Positions 36,617 to 46,003 of a stretch of 64,000 bases of DNA are shown piece after piece (position 1 is the stretch's first letter; every line of letters starts with the position of its first letter). The translations under genes and the position numbers were made by a program. The notes under the pieces are model-generated. The model did not search any database and was not told the origin of the DNA. It was given only the letters and a program-made list of their open reading frames with translations. Origin of the DNA: an uncultured Verrucomicrobiaceae bacterium. Its GTDB lineage: Bacteria > Pseudomonadota > Gammaproteobacteria > Pseudomonadales > CAMLJR01. Location of the stretch: the NCBI GenBank assembly GCA_964638025.1, contig CAZWXW010000003.1, positions 15,126-79,125 of the forward strand, written 5' to 3'.

Positions 36617-37717
36617 ATGAGCATGAGACTGCTGTGGCGCTATGGCGACGACAATCGCCATCCACCGGAAATTCTGGCGCGGGCGCTGGATCATCTCGGT
36701 TACACCGGCTATCTGCTGGCGATCGGCGCCGGCGGTTCCGATATGTGGACGACGGCCGCCGCGCTGGCGCAGCACACCGAGCGGGTCAAGTTCCTGGTCG
36801 CGGCCTACGCCGGCGTCACGTCGCCATTGCAGCTGGCGTCGCAGGCGGCGACGCTGGACAAGCTGTCGAAGGGGCGGCTGCTGATCAACGCGATTCTCGG
36901 CGAGACGCGGATCGCGCTGGCACACGGGCTGTTCCTCGAACACGACACGCGCTACGCGATGGCAGAGGAGTACTGGGAGCTGTTCCGGCGGCTGTTCAGC
37001 GGCGAGCAGATCACGGTCGACGGCCAGTACGTCAAGGCGCGCGGCGCGCAGCTGCAGGTCGAGAGCGTGCAGAAGCCGCATCCGGAGCTGTTCTTCGCCG
37101 GCTCGTCGGAACCGGCGCTCGATCTCGCCGCGCGACAGATGCAGACCTACCTGACCTGGGGCGAGCCGCTGGAGATGGCGGCCGAGAAGATCCAGCGGGT
37201 CAAGACCAAGGCCGATGCGCTTGGTCGCACGCTGAATTACGGCATCCGGCTGCACCTGATCGTGCGCGACACCGACGAAGAAGCCTGGGCCGAGACGCAG
37301 CGCATCTACGACCGCTTCGACAAGGAGAAGATCGAGGTGGCACTGAAGGTGCGGGCCACTTCCGATTCGGTCGGCGTGCAGCGCACCACGCAACTGGTGC
37401 AGAACAGGAAGGTCGGAAAACATGCGCGCGACTTCGAGATCGCGCCGAACCTGTGGGCCGGCTACACGCTGACCGGCAAGGGGCCGGGCACCGCGCTGGT
37501 CGGATCGCCGCAGACCGTCGCCGACCGCCTGCTGGAGTATTACAACGCCGGTATCGATACCTACATCCTTTCCGGTGCACCGCGTCTCGACGAAGCGTTC
37601 CGCGTTGCCGAGCAGGTGTTCCCGCTACTGCCGTTCGAGGTCGACCGGCCGGTCTCACGGCAACGGGACGGGGCGCTGCGCGCCATCCTCGACACCCGCG
37701 ATCTGGCGGCGAGCTGA
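36617..37717 (+). CDS. LLM-class FMNH2-dependent monooxygenase, SsuD (alkanesulfonate monooxygenase)-like
   Basis: GAGGGGAGA RBS; long collinear similarity to recalled E. coli SsuD (LGYTG, KFLVA, ATLD.LS.GR, YLTWGEP, IRLH.IVR.T.EEAW, SPNLWAG, GTALVG, LSG.P.L.EA.RV.E..FPLL). Confidence 0.85.
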   Translation: MSMRLLWRYGDDNRHPPEILARALDHLGYTGYLLAIGAGGSDMWTTAAALAQHTERVKFLVAAYAGVTSPLQLASQAATLDKLSKGRLLINAILGETRIALAHGLFLEHDTRYAMAEEYWELFRRLFSGEQITVDGQYVKARGAQLQVESVQKPHPELFFAGSSEPALDLAARQMQTYLTWGEPLEMAAEKIQRVKTKADALGRTLNYGIRLHLIVRDTDEEAWAETQRIYDRFDKEKIEVALKVRATSDSVGVQRTTQLVQNRKVGKHARDFEIAPNLWAGYTLTGKGPGTALVGSPQTVADRLLEYYNAGIDTYILSGAPRLDEAFRVAEQVFPLLPFEVDRPVSRQRDGALRAILDTRDLAAS

Positions 37718-37720
37718 GCC

Positions 37721-38950
37721 TTGGAGACAAATCGATATCAGATAACCGCACCGCAACACGAAGGTCAGCTGGTCATCGGCAATTTCATGCTGCTCGCGGT
37801 TGTCGCCGGGATCAGCGTCGGGCTGGGGCGGGTGCTGACGACGCTGTACGCACTTGAACTCGGCGCCAGCAATGCACAGATCGGCTACATCGCTGCGTTC
37901 GAAACCTTTGGCAAACTGATCGTGACGATGCCGGCCGGCTTCATCATCGCGCACTACGGCGCGAAGCGGGTCTATGCGCTGGCGAGCCTGTTCCCGATGC
38001 TGATGACCTGCCTGATTCCATGGACCACGGTCTGGTGGATGGTGGCGATCACGCGCGGGCTGATCAGCCTGGCGATACCGTTCCGCACCGTGTCGATGAA
38101 CAGCTCGTTCCTGCAGCAACTGAAATACCTGGGCTCAGCCAGGGCCGGCTGGTATCGCGGCTCGCAGTCGTTCGGCACGCTGATCCTCGGTCCGTTCCTG
38201 GCGACGCTGGTGATCGGCCATTTCAGTTTCCTGTGGAGCTTCATGCTGATCGCGCTGCTGTTCGCGCTGATGGCGGTGTTCGGCAGCAACGTGCTGCCCG
38301 GAGAACTCGACAAGGAGCCGGTCGAAGGCACACCGGATGTTGCCGTCAACAAGATGGTGCCGCAGCCAATGGAGGGCATGTGGCAGCAGGTGCGCGAGCT
38401 GTGGCGCGTGCGCGAGGTGCGCGACAGCTGCACGATGGAGTTCGTCAACAGCGCCACCTCGCAGGTGTTCACGACCTTCGTGCTGGTGCTGGCGCTGACG
38501 GTGGCGCAGCTGCCGCAGTCGCTGGCGATCACGCTGATCACCGTGCAAGGCGTCACCACCGTGCTCGCCTCGTTCGGCCTCGGCCATCTGCTGAACCTGT
38601 TTCCGCCCGGCAGGGTGCAGTGGCTCAGCGTGTTTCTCGCCGTTGCCGGGCTGGCGCTGCTCGGTAGCTCCGTCAGCTATCCGCTGCTGGTGCTGGGCAC
38701 GGTGCTGCTGTGCAGTGGCTCGGCGCTGATCAGCCTTTCCCGCACGCTGAGACTGAGCCAGCTCGCCGGCAGCAAGAGCAAGATCGCCGGCATCTACAAC
38801 CTCAGCAACATGGGCGGATCGTTCGTCGGCGCCATCGGCGGCGGACTGCTGGGCGAGTGGCTCGGATTGCAGGGGCTGTTCCTGATCTGGATTCCGATTT
38901 TCGTGCTGACCAGCTGCTGGGTGCAGCGCGGCAGGCGCAACGACGCCTGA
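37721..38950 (+). CDS. MFS transporter (paralog of 3666-4865)
   Basis: TTG 37721 4 nt after upstream stop (ATG 37787 alternative); about 12 TM. Confidence 0.7.
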   Translation: METNRYQITAPQHEGQLVIGNFMLLAVVAGISVGLGRVLTTLYALELGASNAQIGYIAAFETFGKLIVTMPAGFIIAHYGAKRVYALASLFPMLMTCLIPWTTVWWMVAITRGLISLAIPFRTVSMNSSFLQQLKYLGSARAGWYRGSQSFGTLILGPFLATLVIGHFSFLWSFMLIALLFALMAVFGSNVLPGELDKEPVEGTPDVAVNKMVPQPMEGMWQQVRELWRVREVRDSCTMEFVNSATSQVFTTFVLVLALTVAQLPQSLAITLITVQGVTTVLASFGLGHLLNLFPPGRVQWLSVFLAVAGLALLGSSVSYPLLVLGTVLLCSGSALISLSRTLRLSQLAGSKSKIAGIYNLSNMGGSFVGAIGGGLLGEWLGLQGLFLIWIPIFVLTSCWVQRGRRNDA

Positions 38951-38965
38951 CGCGGATGTCGATAG

Positions 38966-39030
38966 GGAACCTCTGATCAAGTCCCCTCTCCCTTCAGGGA
39001 GAGGGGCGAAATGCGTTTTTCAGAGGTTCC
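38966..39030. repeat. REP/MITE-like element, copy E (compact 65-bp form with terminal inverted repeats)
   Basis: GGAACCTCTGATCAAGTCCCCTCTCCCTTCAGGGAGAGGGGCGAAATGCGTTTTTCAGAGGTTCC; the ends GGAACCTCTGA / TCAGAGGTTCC are inverted repeats. Confidence 0.85.
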
Positions 39031-39092
39031 TTAACATTTGGCTGTCCAGCGTTTGACAGGAGAAGAGGCGAAAGCGGGCGCTGAATTATTTT

Positions 39093-39725
39093 CTATGCCG
39101 TCGGATCATCAAGTGACCCCAGGCTCTTCAAGTGGCTTACATCATTCCACGTCTGCAGGCTCCATTGACCATTGGCATAGTCAAAACTATTGAATGCAGC
39201 ATTTTGCCTTTTGAACCGCCAGCCGTTCCCCGGTGCGATTCCCAATACGTACTCAAAGAAGCCCATCAGGAAGCCGCCATGGGTCACTACCACAACGGTG
39301 TCATTGATATGACGCCCAGCAATTCCGGTTAGCACTTGAATGCTCCGCTCAAGCCGCTGGTGTCCACTTTCGCCTTGAGGTATCTGATACGCATTGCCGA
39401 TTCGACGATAGTCTGAATATTCTGTGGGAGAACGCTCGGCCCTTTCCTCCTTCGTTAGTCCCTGGAAAATTCCCATATGGCGCTCACGAAGGCCAGCGTC
39501 CACCGAAATTTCCACTTGTGTTGCGGAAGAAATAATCTCGGCTGTCCGCATTGCTCGTCCCAGATCGCTGCTGTAAAGCGCAACGAATGAGTCTCGCTTG
39601 AGTCGCTCCGCCAACAACTTCGCTTGCCGGACGCCACGTTCGGTGAGCGGGCTATCCATCTGCCCCATTTCACGACCTTGAAGGTTCCATTCTGTTTCAC
39701 CATGTCGTATGGCGATGATTTTCAT
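39093..39725 (-). CDS. Histidine phosphatase (phosphoglycerate mutase) family protein
   Basis: In ORF 39093-39743; MKIIAIRHGETEWN (RHGE motif) and VVVTHGGF; visibly lower GC than neighbours. Confidence 0.8.
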   Translation of the reverse strand: MKIIAIRHGETEWNLQGREMGQMDSPLTERGVRQAKLLAERLKRDSFVALYSSDLGRAMRTAEIISSATQVEISVDAGLRERHMGIFQGLTKEERAERSPTEYSDYRRIGNAYQIPQGESGHQRLERSIQVLTGIAGRHINDTVVVVTHGGFLMGFFEYVLGIAPGNGWRFKRQNAAFNSFDYANGQWSLQTWNDVSHLKSLGSLDDPTA

Positions 39726-39752
39726 GCTGCTACCTTGAGGCATGACTATTTA

Positions 39753-39776
39753 GCGGGAGAGGAGACTTGATCAGAG
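39753..39776. repeat. REP-element remnant, copy H (half hairpin plus terminal motif)
   Basis: GGGAGAGGAGACTTGATCAGAG matches the GGGAGAGGGGACTTGATCAGAG end of copies C and D; coordinates +/-1. Confidence 0.55.
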
Positions 39777-39812
39777 CCGACCGGTCGGTGCCTGTAAAAA
39801 ATCAGAAACAGG

Positions 39813-41618
39813 TTACACAGTGGCATTGATCGCTGGCAGTGCTGCGGACGATTCAGCCTGTGCACCAACCGCCTGTCGGCCCTGTGTCTGCAACGCAAAG
39901 AGCCGTGCATAGAGACCGTTGCGCCGAACCAGCTCCTCGTGGCGCCCCTGCTCCAGCATCACGCCCTGGCGGAGTACCAGAATGAGGTCGGCATTCATCA
40001 CCGTACTCAGACGATGCGCGATGATGACCGAGGTGCGCCCGCTCAGCAGCCGCTCCAGTCCCTGCTGCACCAGGTGTTCGGACTCCGAATCGAGCGCGCT
40101 GGTGGCTTCGTCGAGAATGATCAGCTGCGGGTCCTTCAGAATGGCGCGGGCGATGGCGACACGCTGCTTTTCGCCGCCGGAGAGTTTGATGCCGCGCTCG
40201 CCCACCAGCGTGTCGTAGCGATCTTCCAGGCGCTGGATGAAGTCGTCGGCGTGTGCGGCGCGCGCGGCGGCCTGCACATCCTCCTGACTGGCGCCGGGGC
40301 GGGCGAAGGCGACGTTCTCGCCGATGCTGTCGTTGAACAGCGCCACGTCCTGCAGGACCACGCCCATCACGGCGCGCACCGTGCGCTGCTGGTAGTCGCG
40401 CAGGTCGCGGCCGTTGATCAGGATGCGGCCCGCGCTGGGGTCGTAGAAACGCATCAGCAGTTTCACCACGGTGGTTTTGCCGCTGCCGCTGCTGCCCACC
40501 AGCGCCAGCGTATGCCCGGCATCGAGATGGAAGGAGAGATCGCGCAATGCGTACTCCTCCTTGCCGGGGTAGTGGAAGCTCACGCTTTCGAAGGTGATGC
40601 TCTGCAGTGTTTCCAGCGGGATCGCGTCGGGGCTGTCGGCCAGCTCGGTCTCTTCGTCCAGTAACTCCACCAGACGCTCGGCCGTGCTCTCGATCTCGCC
40701 GGCCTGGTTGATCTGGCGCGCGATGGGCTGGATCGAGTTGATGAGGTTCTGGGTCAGCGTCAGCACCAGCAGAATATCGCCCGTGGTGAAAATGCCGGCC
40801 AGCGCGCCGCGCGCGGTGATGGTCACGCCGGCGAATACCGCCAGCGTGTTGATGATGTTCAGCGACTGCTCGGAGCGCCATTCGGCGCGATGCAGATTGC
40901 CGCGCGTCACCATCCATTCTGCCTGGGTGCTGTCGTAGCGCTGCTTGACGGCGGGTTCACCGCCGAAGCTGCGGACGGTGGCGATGTTGCCGACCATTTC
41001 CGCGAGCAGCCCGGTCATGCGCCCGGCCAGTGCCTGCCAGCCGCGGCGATAGGGTCGCGTCACGCCCACCGTGCGCCACGAAATCCAGAAATTCAGCAGT
41101 AGCACGCCGAGCATGATGGCGCCCACCAGCGGAGCTTTCAGCAGCAGCACGGTGATGATGAAAAACATCTGCAGGATATTGGCCAGCGTGCCATCGGTCA
41201 GCGACGACAGCCACATCGTGATGGAGGTGATGTTGCCGAAGCGGTCCATGATTTCGCCGACGCGCGTCTTCTCGAAATAGTCGATGGACTTCTGCGTCAT
41301 GTTGTCGAAGACGCGCTGGCGAAAGGTGCTGACCGTGGCCAGCCAGAGGTTGTCGGCCTGCAGGTTCTGCAGGGCGCTGAAGATGACCACGCCCAGACGC
41401 AGAACGAAGAAGGTGATCAGCAGCAGCGTTACCGTCCAGGTGGCCTCCTCCTGGGTGATGCTGCCGGTCAACATGCGCGAGATGGCATCGACGATGCCCT
41501 TGTACAGATAGGGCGTGGCCGTGCCGATGAAGCCGAGCGCGGTGCCGACCAGCGCGATGCCTATCATGCGGCCGCGGTATTCGGGAATGAACTGAATGGT
41601 ACGCCAGATGTTTTTCAT
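39813..41618 (-). CDS. ABC exporter, fused permease/ATPase (MsbA/ABCB-like)
   Basis: 601 aa; 6-TM N-terminal half; Walker A GSSGSGKTT, signature LSGGEKQR, Walker B LILDEATSALD. Confidence 0.9.
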   Translation of the reverse strand: MKNIWRTIQFIPEYRGRMIGIALVGTALGFIGTATPYLYKGIVDAISRMLTGSITQEEATWTVTLLLITFFVLRLGVVIFSALQNLQADNLWLATVSTFRQRVFDNMTQKSIDYFEKTRVGEIMDRFGNITSITMWLSSLTDGTLANILQMFFIITVLLLKAPLVGAIMLGVLLLNFWISWRTVGVTRPYRRGWQALAGRMTGLLAEMVGNIATVRSFGGEPAVKQRYDSTQAEWMVTRGNLHRAEWRSEQSLNIINTLAVFAGVTITARGALAGIFTTGDILLVLTLTQNLINSIQPIARQINQAGEIESTAERLVELLDEETELADSPDAIPLETLQSITFESVSFHYPGKEEYALRDLSFHLDAGHTLALVGSSGSGKTTVVKLLMRFYDPSAGRILINGRDLRDYQQRTVRAVMGVVLQDVALFNDSIGENVAFARPGASQEDVQAAARAAHADDFIQRLEDRYDTLVGERGIKLSGGEKQRVAIARAILKDPQLIILDEATSALDSESEHLVQQGLERLLSGRTSVIIAHRLSTVMNADLILVLRQGVMLEQGRHEELVRRNGLYARLFALQTQGRQAVGAQAESSAALPAINATV

Positions 41619-41656
41619 GATTACGCTTGTTCGATTGAATAGGACGGTGTGGTGTG

Positions 41657-42259
41657 TCAGTCGGCGAAGGTGAAATGACCTTCCGTGACGATTTCGCGCA
41701 ACGGACGACGGTCGTTGGGGCGTTCACGAAGGCGTTGCTCTTCCGGCAGCGTATCGCCAGCTGCCTGACGTCCGATGGCGATGACCACGTTGACGTGATA
41801 ACCCTCGGGAATGCCGAGCTCCTCGACGGCGCGGCTGCGGTCGAAGCCGCCGATGGCGTGGGTGCGCCAGCCGACATGCTCGGCCTGAAACGCCAGGCTG
41901 GCCCAGGCGGCACCGGCATCCAGCGCATGGTTGCGCAGCGGGCTGGCTTCGGCGGCACCGCGACGGACCTGCGTGGTCTTGGAGACCAGCAACACCAGCG
42001 CGGCGGCATGGGTGGCCCACTGCTGGTTCTTGTCGTTGAGCAGGCCCAGGAAGCGTGGCCAGTGCGCGCTGTCGCGGCGGGCATAGATGAATCGCCAGGG
42101 CTGCGAATTGCTGGCAGAGGGAGCCCAGCGCGCCGCCTCGAACAGACTGAAAAGCGTGTTTTCGTCGATTGCTTCGCCATTGAAGGCGCGTGGGGACCAG
42201 CGTTGCAGAAAAAGTTCAGCCACCTGGTACTCGGGGCTGCGATTGAATGCGGCAGTCAT
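41657..42259 (-). CDS. Nitroreductase-family flavoprotein (possible NAD(P)H:flavin reductase)
   Basis: 200 aa; LQRWSPRAF, AARWAPSASNSQPWRF motifs typical of the nitroreductase fold. Confidence 0.85.
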   Translation of the reverse strand: MTAAFNRSPEYQVAELFLQRWSPRAFNGEAIDENTLFSLFEAARWAPSASNSQPWRFIYARRDSAHWPRFLGLLNDKNQQWATHAAALVLLVSKTTQVRRGAAEASPLRNHALDAGAAWASLAFQAEHVGWRTHAIGGFDRSRAVEELGIPEGYHVNVVIAIGRQAAGDTLPEEQRLRERPNDRRPLREIVTEGHFTFAD

Positions 42260-42382
42260 GATTTTTCTCCTTGCGGTGCGTTAGGTGTTCATGCCCGATT
42301 CACGACGGGCACGTGTGTCAATGGCTCCATGGCCGGCGTTACGGACGATTCAGTACAGGGGCAGCGGAAGTGCTGTCGAGAT

Positions 42383-44197
42383 TCATCGCGGACTCGTCGC
42401 CGGGTCGTCCCACCAGGTGCCGATCGCCCATTCCTGCGCGTTGTAGTACGACGGCAGCACATCCGGTTGACGCAGGTGCTTGTGGTGGACGACGTAGTGG
42501 TGGTCCAGATAGCGGAAGGGAATGAAGTAGTGGCTGTGCATCAATACCCGGTCCAGGGCCCGCCCCGTCACTTCGAAATCATGCTGGTTATCGACATCCA
42601 TCAATTGCTGGATCAGGGCATCTACCGCGGGTGATTTCACGCCGATGATATTTTCCGAGCCCGGCGTGTCGGCATCCTTGCTGTTGAACACACGCCACAA
42701 CTCGCCTGCTGGCAGGCGCGACTCGCGCAGCGATAGCGAGGTGTAGTCGAAATCGAACTCCCGCATTCGCTTCTGGCTGGTAGCGGGATCGGCATCGCGG
42801 CGGCGCAGCAGGATGCCGGCCTTGAGCAGGTTCAGGTTGACCGTTTCGACGTGCGCGCTCTGGCTGCGCAGGCCGGAGACTTCCAGCGTGAGCGGCTCGC
42901 CGTTGTCGTTGCGCAGGTAACCGTCGCGGTAATGCCAGCCGGCTTCCGCGAACAGTTGAAGTGCGCGGCGCAAACTGGCGCGGAATCCGCCAGCCTTGAT
43001 CGAGTTGGGCTGTTCGTAGGCGGGGCCGAAGACGGCCGGCGGCAGCTCGTGGCGCCAGGGCTCCAGCAGTTGCAGCTCTTCCGGCGATGGCAATCCGCTG
43101 GCTTGCAGGGGCGTGCCGGCAAAATAGCTGTCAGTGCGAAGAAATTCGTTGTCCAGGATCTTTTCATTGATCCATTCGAAATCCAGCAGGTAGTTCAGGG
43201 CTTCACGCACGCGTGGGTCCTGGAACTGCGGCCGGCGCAGGTTCACCACCCAGCCGTTCATGGACGGTGGGTTTTTGTGCGGCAGTTTGACCTTGACCAG
43301 CTCGCCGGTATCGAAGCGCTTGCCGATGTACTGGCAGCACCAGTAGCGCATCTGGGTTTCGCTGTAGAAATCGTAGTCGCCAGCTCTCAGGGCAGTGACC
43401 TGGGTGTCGCGATCCTTGTAGAGCTTGTAGATCACCTTGTCGAAATTGTAGAAGCCACGGCGCGCCGGGCTTTCATTGCCCCAGTAGCCGGGGTCGCGGC
43501 GATAAACGACGCTCAGCCCGTTGCTGGCGCTTTCCAGAATATAGGCGCCGGTGCTGATCGGCGGCTCCAGTGCCAATGTCTCGAACGGGATTCGGCTGCC
43601 GTCGGCCTTGAGGCCCCACTTCTGCGAGAACACCGGCACGCTGCCGGCCACGAAGGAGAGATCCTTGCCCGGTCTGGAAAATTCGAAGCGAATGTGGCGC
43701 GCGTCGAGCACCGTCACTTTTTCGATTTCCGAGAAATAGGCCTTGAAGCGCGGACTCACGCCCTGGCCCCTGGCCAGCGTGCGAAAGGAGTGCGCGACAT
43801 CGTCGGCGGTCACCGGGTCGCCGTTGGAAAAGTGCGCGAGCGGATGCAGGCGGAAGGTGACCGAGCGCAGATCGGGGGCGAGGTCGATATCCTCCGCGAG
43901 CAGGCCGTACTGCGTGTTCGGCTCATCCAGGCTGAACACCGTGAGCGTCTCGAACAGCATTTCCAGCAGGCCCGGCGCAGGTCGCCCCTTGAGGGTGAAG
44001 GGGTTGTACTTGTCGAAGCTGCTGTTCAGGCTGACCAGTGACAGGGTGAGCGTGCCGCCCTTGGGCGCATCCGGATTCACATAGTCGAAATGGCGAAAGC
44101 CGGCGGGATATTTCGGCTCGCCGAACTGGGCGATGGCATGAGCGCTCCAGCTCTGCACGGGCAGCGCCGACAACAGGAAAAGTACGAAAAAACGCAT
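42383..44197 (-). CDS. Family-5 periplasmic solute-binding protein, YejA-like (cassette 2)
   Basis: ORF 42383-44362 is extended over a REP element; ATG 44197 gives signal peptide MRFFVLFLLSALPVQSWSAHA; QFGEPKYPAGFRHFDYVNPDAPKGG. Confidence 0.85.
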   Translation of the reverse strand: MRFFVLFLLSALPVQSWSAHAIAQFGEPKYPAGFRHFDYVNPDAPKGGTLTLSLVSLNSSFDKYNPFTLKGRPAPGLLEMLFETLTVFSLDEPNTQYGLLAEDIDLAPDLRSVTFRLHPLAHFSNGDPVTADDVAHSFRTLARGQGVSPRFKAYFSEIEKVTVLDARHIRFEFSRPGKDLSFVAGSVPVFSQKWGLKADGSRIPFETLALEPPISTGAYILESASNGLSVVYRRDPGYWGNESPARRGFYNFDKVIYKLYKDRDTQVTALRAGDYDFYSETQMRYWCCQYIGKRFDTGELVKVKLPHKNPPSMNGWVVNLRRPQFQDPRVREALNYLLDFEWINEKILDNEFLRTDSYFAGTPLQASGLPSPEELQLLEPWRHELPPAVFGPAYEQPNSIKAGGFRASLRRALQLFAEAGWHYRDGYLRNDNGEPLTLEVSGLRSQSAHVETVNLNLLKAGILLRRRDADPATSQKRMREFDFDYTSLSLRESRLPAGELWRVFNSKDADTPGSENIIGVKSPAVDALIQQLMDVDNQHDFEVTGRALDRVLMHSHYFIPFRYLDHHYVVHHKHLRQPDVLPSYYNAQEWAIGTWWDDPATSPR

Positions 44198-44199
44198 CG

Positions 44200-44244
44200 C
44201 TTTCAACACAACTGTTTTCAACACAAGCACCTTCAATAACGAGT
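44200..44244. repeat. 15-bp tandem repeat x3 abutting the yejA-like 2 start codon
   Basis: CTTTCAACACAACTG / TTTTCAACACAAGCA / CCTTCAATAACGAGT on + strand; begins 3 nt from the minus-strand ATG (44197). Confidence 0.7.
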
Positions 44245-44361
44245 CTCTGATCAAGTCCCCTCTCCCTTCAGGGAGAGGGTTAGGGAGAGGGTGACAAGGC
44301 GCATGAATCGGCCCTCTCCCCCGCCCCTCTCCCTGAAGGGAGAGGGGAGAAATGCGTTCCA
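44241..44361. repeat. REP/MITE-like element, copy F (double hairpin), between yejF-like 2 and yejA-like 2
   Basis: GAGTCTCTGATCAAGTCCCCTCTCCCTTCAGGGAGAGGGTTAGGGAGAGGG - GCGCATGAATCGG - CCCTCTCCCCCGCCCCTCTCCCTGAAGGGAGAGGGGAGAAATGCGTT. Confidence 0.85.
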
Positions 44362-44395
44362 TAACGAAATCGACATGGCCGCTTCCACGCGCGCT

Positions 44396-46003
44396 CTACA
44401 GAGAGGCGCGAACCAGAGCCTGGGTATAGGGATGGCGCGGCGCGGCGATGACGGATTCGGTATCGCCTTCTTCGACCACTTCGCCATCGCGCAGCACGTA
44501 GAGCCGGTGCGCCAGGGCATTCACCACGGCGAGGTCGTGGCTGATGAGCAGGTAACTGAGGCCGTATTTCTTCTGCAGCCCCACCAGCAGTTCCAGCACC
44601 TGATTCTGTATCGACACATCCAGTGCGGAGGTGGGTTCATCCAGTACCAGCACACGCGGTTTCAGTACGACCGCGCGCGCGATGGCGATGCGTTGACGCT
44701 GCCCGCCGGAGAACTGGTGCGGGTAGGACGACAGCACGGACGCGGGCAGCCCGACTTCGGTCAACACCTCGATGACACGGGCGTGGCGCTGTTCGGCTGA
44801 AAGCTCCGGGAAATGCAGCGCCAATCCTTCGCCGACGATCTGCTCCACGGTTCGCCGGGGAGAGAGCGAGCCGAACGGATCCTGGAAAACCACCTGCAGG
44901 CGCGCTCGCAGCGCGCGATGCTCGGCGCGGCGGCGCTCGGCGATATCGCGACCCTCGAAATCGATTTCTCCACCCCTGGCGCGTACCAGGCCGAGAATGG
45001 CCTGGGCCAGCGTGGACTTGCCGGAGCCGGATTCGCCGACCACGCCGATGGTCTCCCCCTGACGCAGTTTCACCGTCGCGCCAGCCAGCGCGACGAAGGC
45101 GTCGTTGAAGAACAGGCCTTTCCAGCCCGGTCTCTTTTTGGGGTACTCCACGCGCAGCTGCCGTGTCTCCATCAGTGTCGGAGCATCGACCGGCACCGCC
45201 GCTATTTGCCGTTGCGGCAGGCTGTTGATGAGCTTGATGGTGTAGGGATGGCTCGGTGCCGCGAACAGCGCTTCGGTTTCACCGGTCTCAACCAGATGAC
45301 CATGCTCCATCACCGCCACGCGCTGCGCGAAGCGCCGCACCAGGTTCAGGTCGTGAGTGATGAGCAGGATCGCCATCGGCTCGCCGTTGCGCGTGCTCTC
45401 CTCCTGCAGCTCCAGCAGCAGCTTGACGATGCGCGCGCGCACCGTGGTATCCAGCGCCGTGGTCGGTTCATCGGCGATCAACAGCTTGGGTTTGCAGGCC
45501 AGTGCCATGGCGATGACGGCGCGCTGCAACTGTCCGCCGGAGAGCTGATGCGGAAAGCTGTCCACGCGCCGCTCCGGTTCGCGCACGCCGGTGCGCACCA
45601 GCAGCTCGATGGCCTTGGCGCGTGCCGCGGCGCCACTCAACCCTTCGTGCAGAGTCAGGCTTTCGATGATCTGGTTGCCGATGGTGTAGAGCGGATTCAG
45701 CGCCGACATCGGTTCCTGGAAAATCACGGCCACGTCTCTGCCGCGCACATGACGCAACTCTTCCTCGCTTTTGCCGACCAGGTCATCGCCCTGGAAGCGG
45801 ATGCTGCCGCTGATGCGGGCCTGCTGCACCAGACGCAGGATGGAGAGGGCGCTGATGGTCTTGCCGGAGCCGGATTCGCCCACCAGCGCCAGACGTTCGC
45901 CGGGCTGGATTTCAAGATTGAGTCCGTGCACGACGCGCTTGCGGCCGAACTGAATGGAGACGTTCTGCCACTGCAGCAGCGGAGGCTTCACCGCCGTATT
46001 CAT
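44396..46003 (-). CDS. Double-ABC-domain ATPase, YejF-like (cassette 2)
   Basis: 535 aa; two [17 protein letters not shown] Walker A sites, LSGGQLQR and FSGGQRQR. Confidence 0.9.
   Translation of the reverse strand: MNTAVKPPLLQWQNVSIQFGRKRVVHGLNLEIQPGERLALVGESGSGKTISALSILRLVQQARISGSIRFQGDDLVGKSEEELRHVRGRDVAVIFQEPMSALNPLYTIGNQIIESLTLHEGLSGAAARAKAIELLVRTGVREPERRVDSFPHQLSGGQLQRAVIAMALACKPKLLIADEPTTALDTTVRARIVKLLLELQEESTRNGEPMAILLITHDLNLVRRFAQRVAVMEHGHLVETGETEALFAAPSHPYTIKLINSLPQRQIAAVPVDAPTLMETRQLRVEYPKKRPGWKGLFFNDAFVALAGATVKLRQGETIGVVGESGSGKSTLAQAILGLVRARGGEIDFEGRDIAERRRAEHRALRARLQVVFQDPFGSLSPRRTVEQIVGEGLALHFPELSAEQRHARVIEVLTEVGLPASVLSSYPHQFSGGQRQRIAIARAVVLKPRVLVLDEPTSALDVSIQNQVLELLVGLQKKYGLSYLLISHDLAVVNALAHRLYVLRDGEVVEEGDTESVIAAPRHPYTQALVRASL

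Noticed and set aside
36617-36700. The SsuD-like protein at 36617 seemed N-terminally truncated by REP copy D
   Set aside because: MRLLWRYGDD can still align with the FWFLPTHGDG beta-1 region of SsuD. The ~14-residue shortfall maps to a loop that is also length-variable in the other LLM copies, and a good RBS precedes the ATG.
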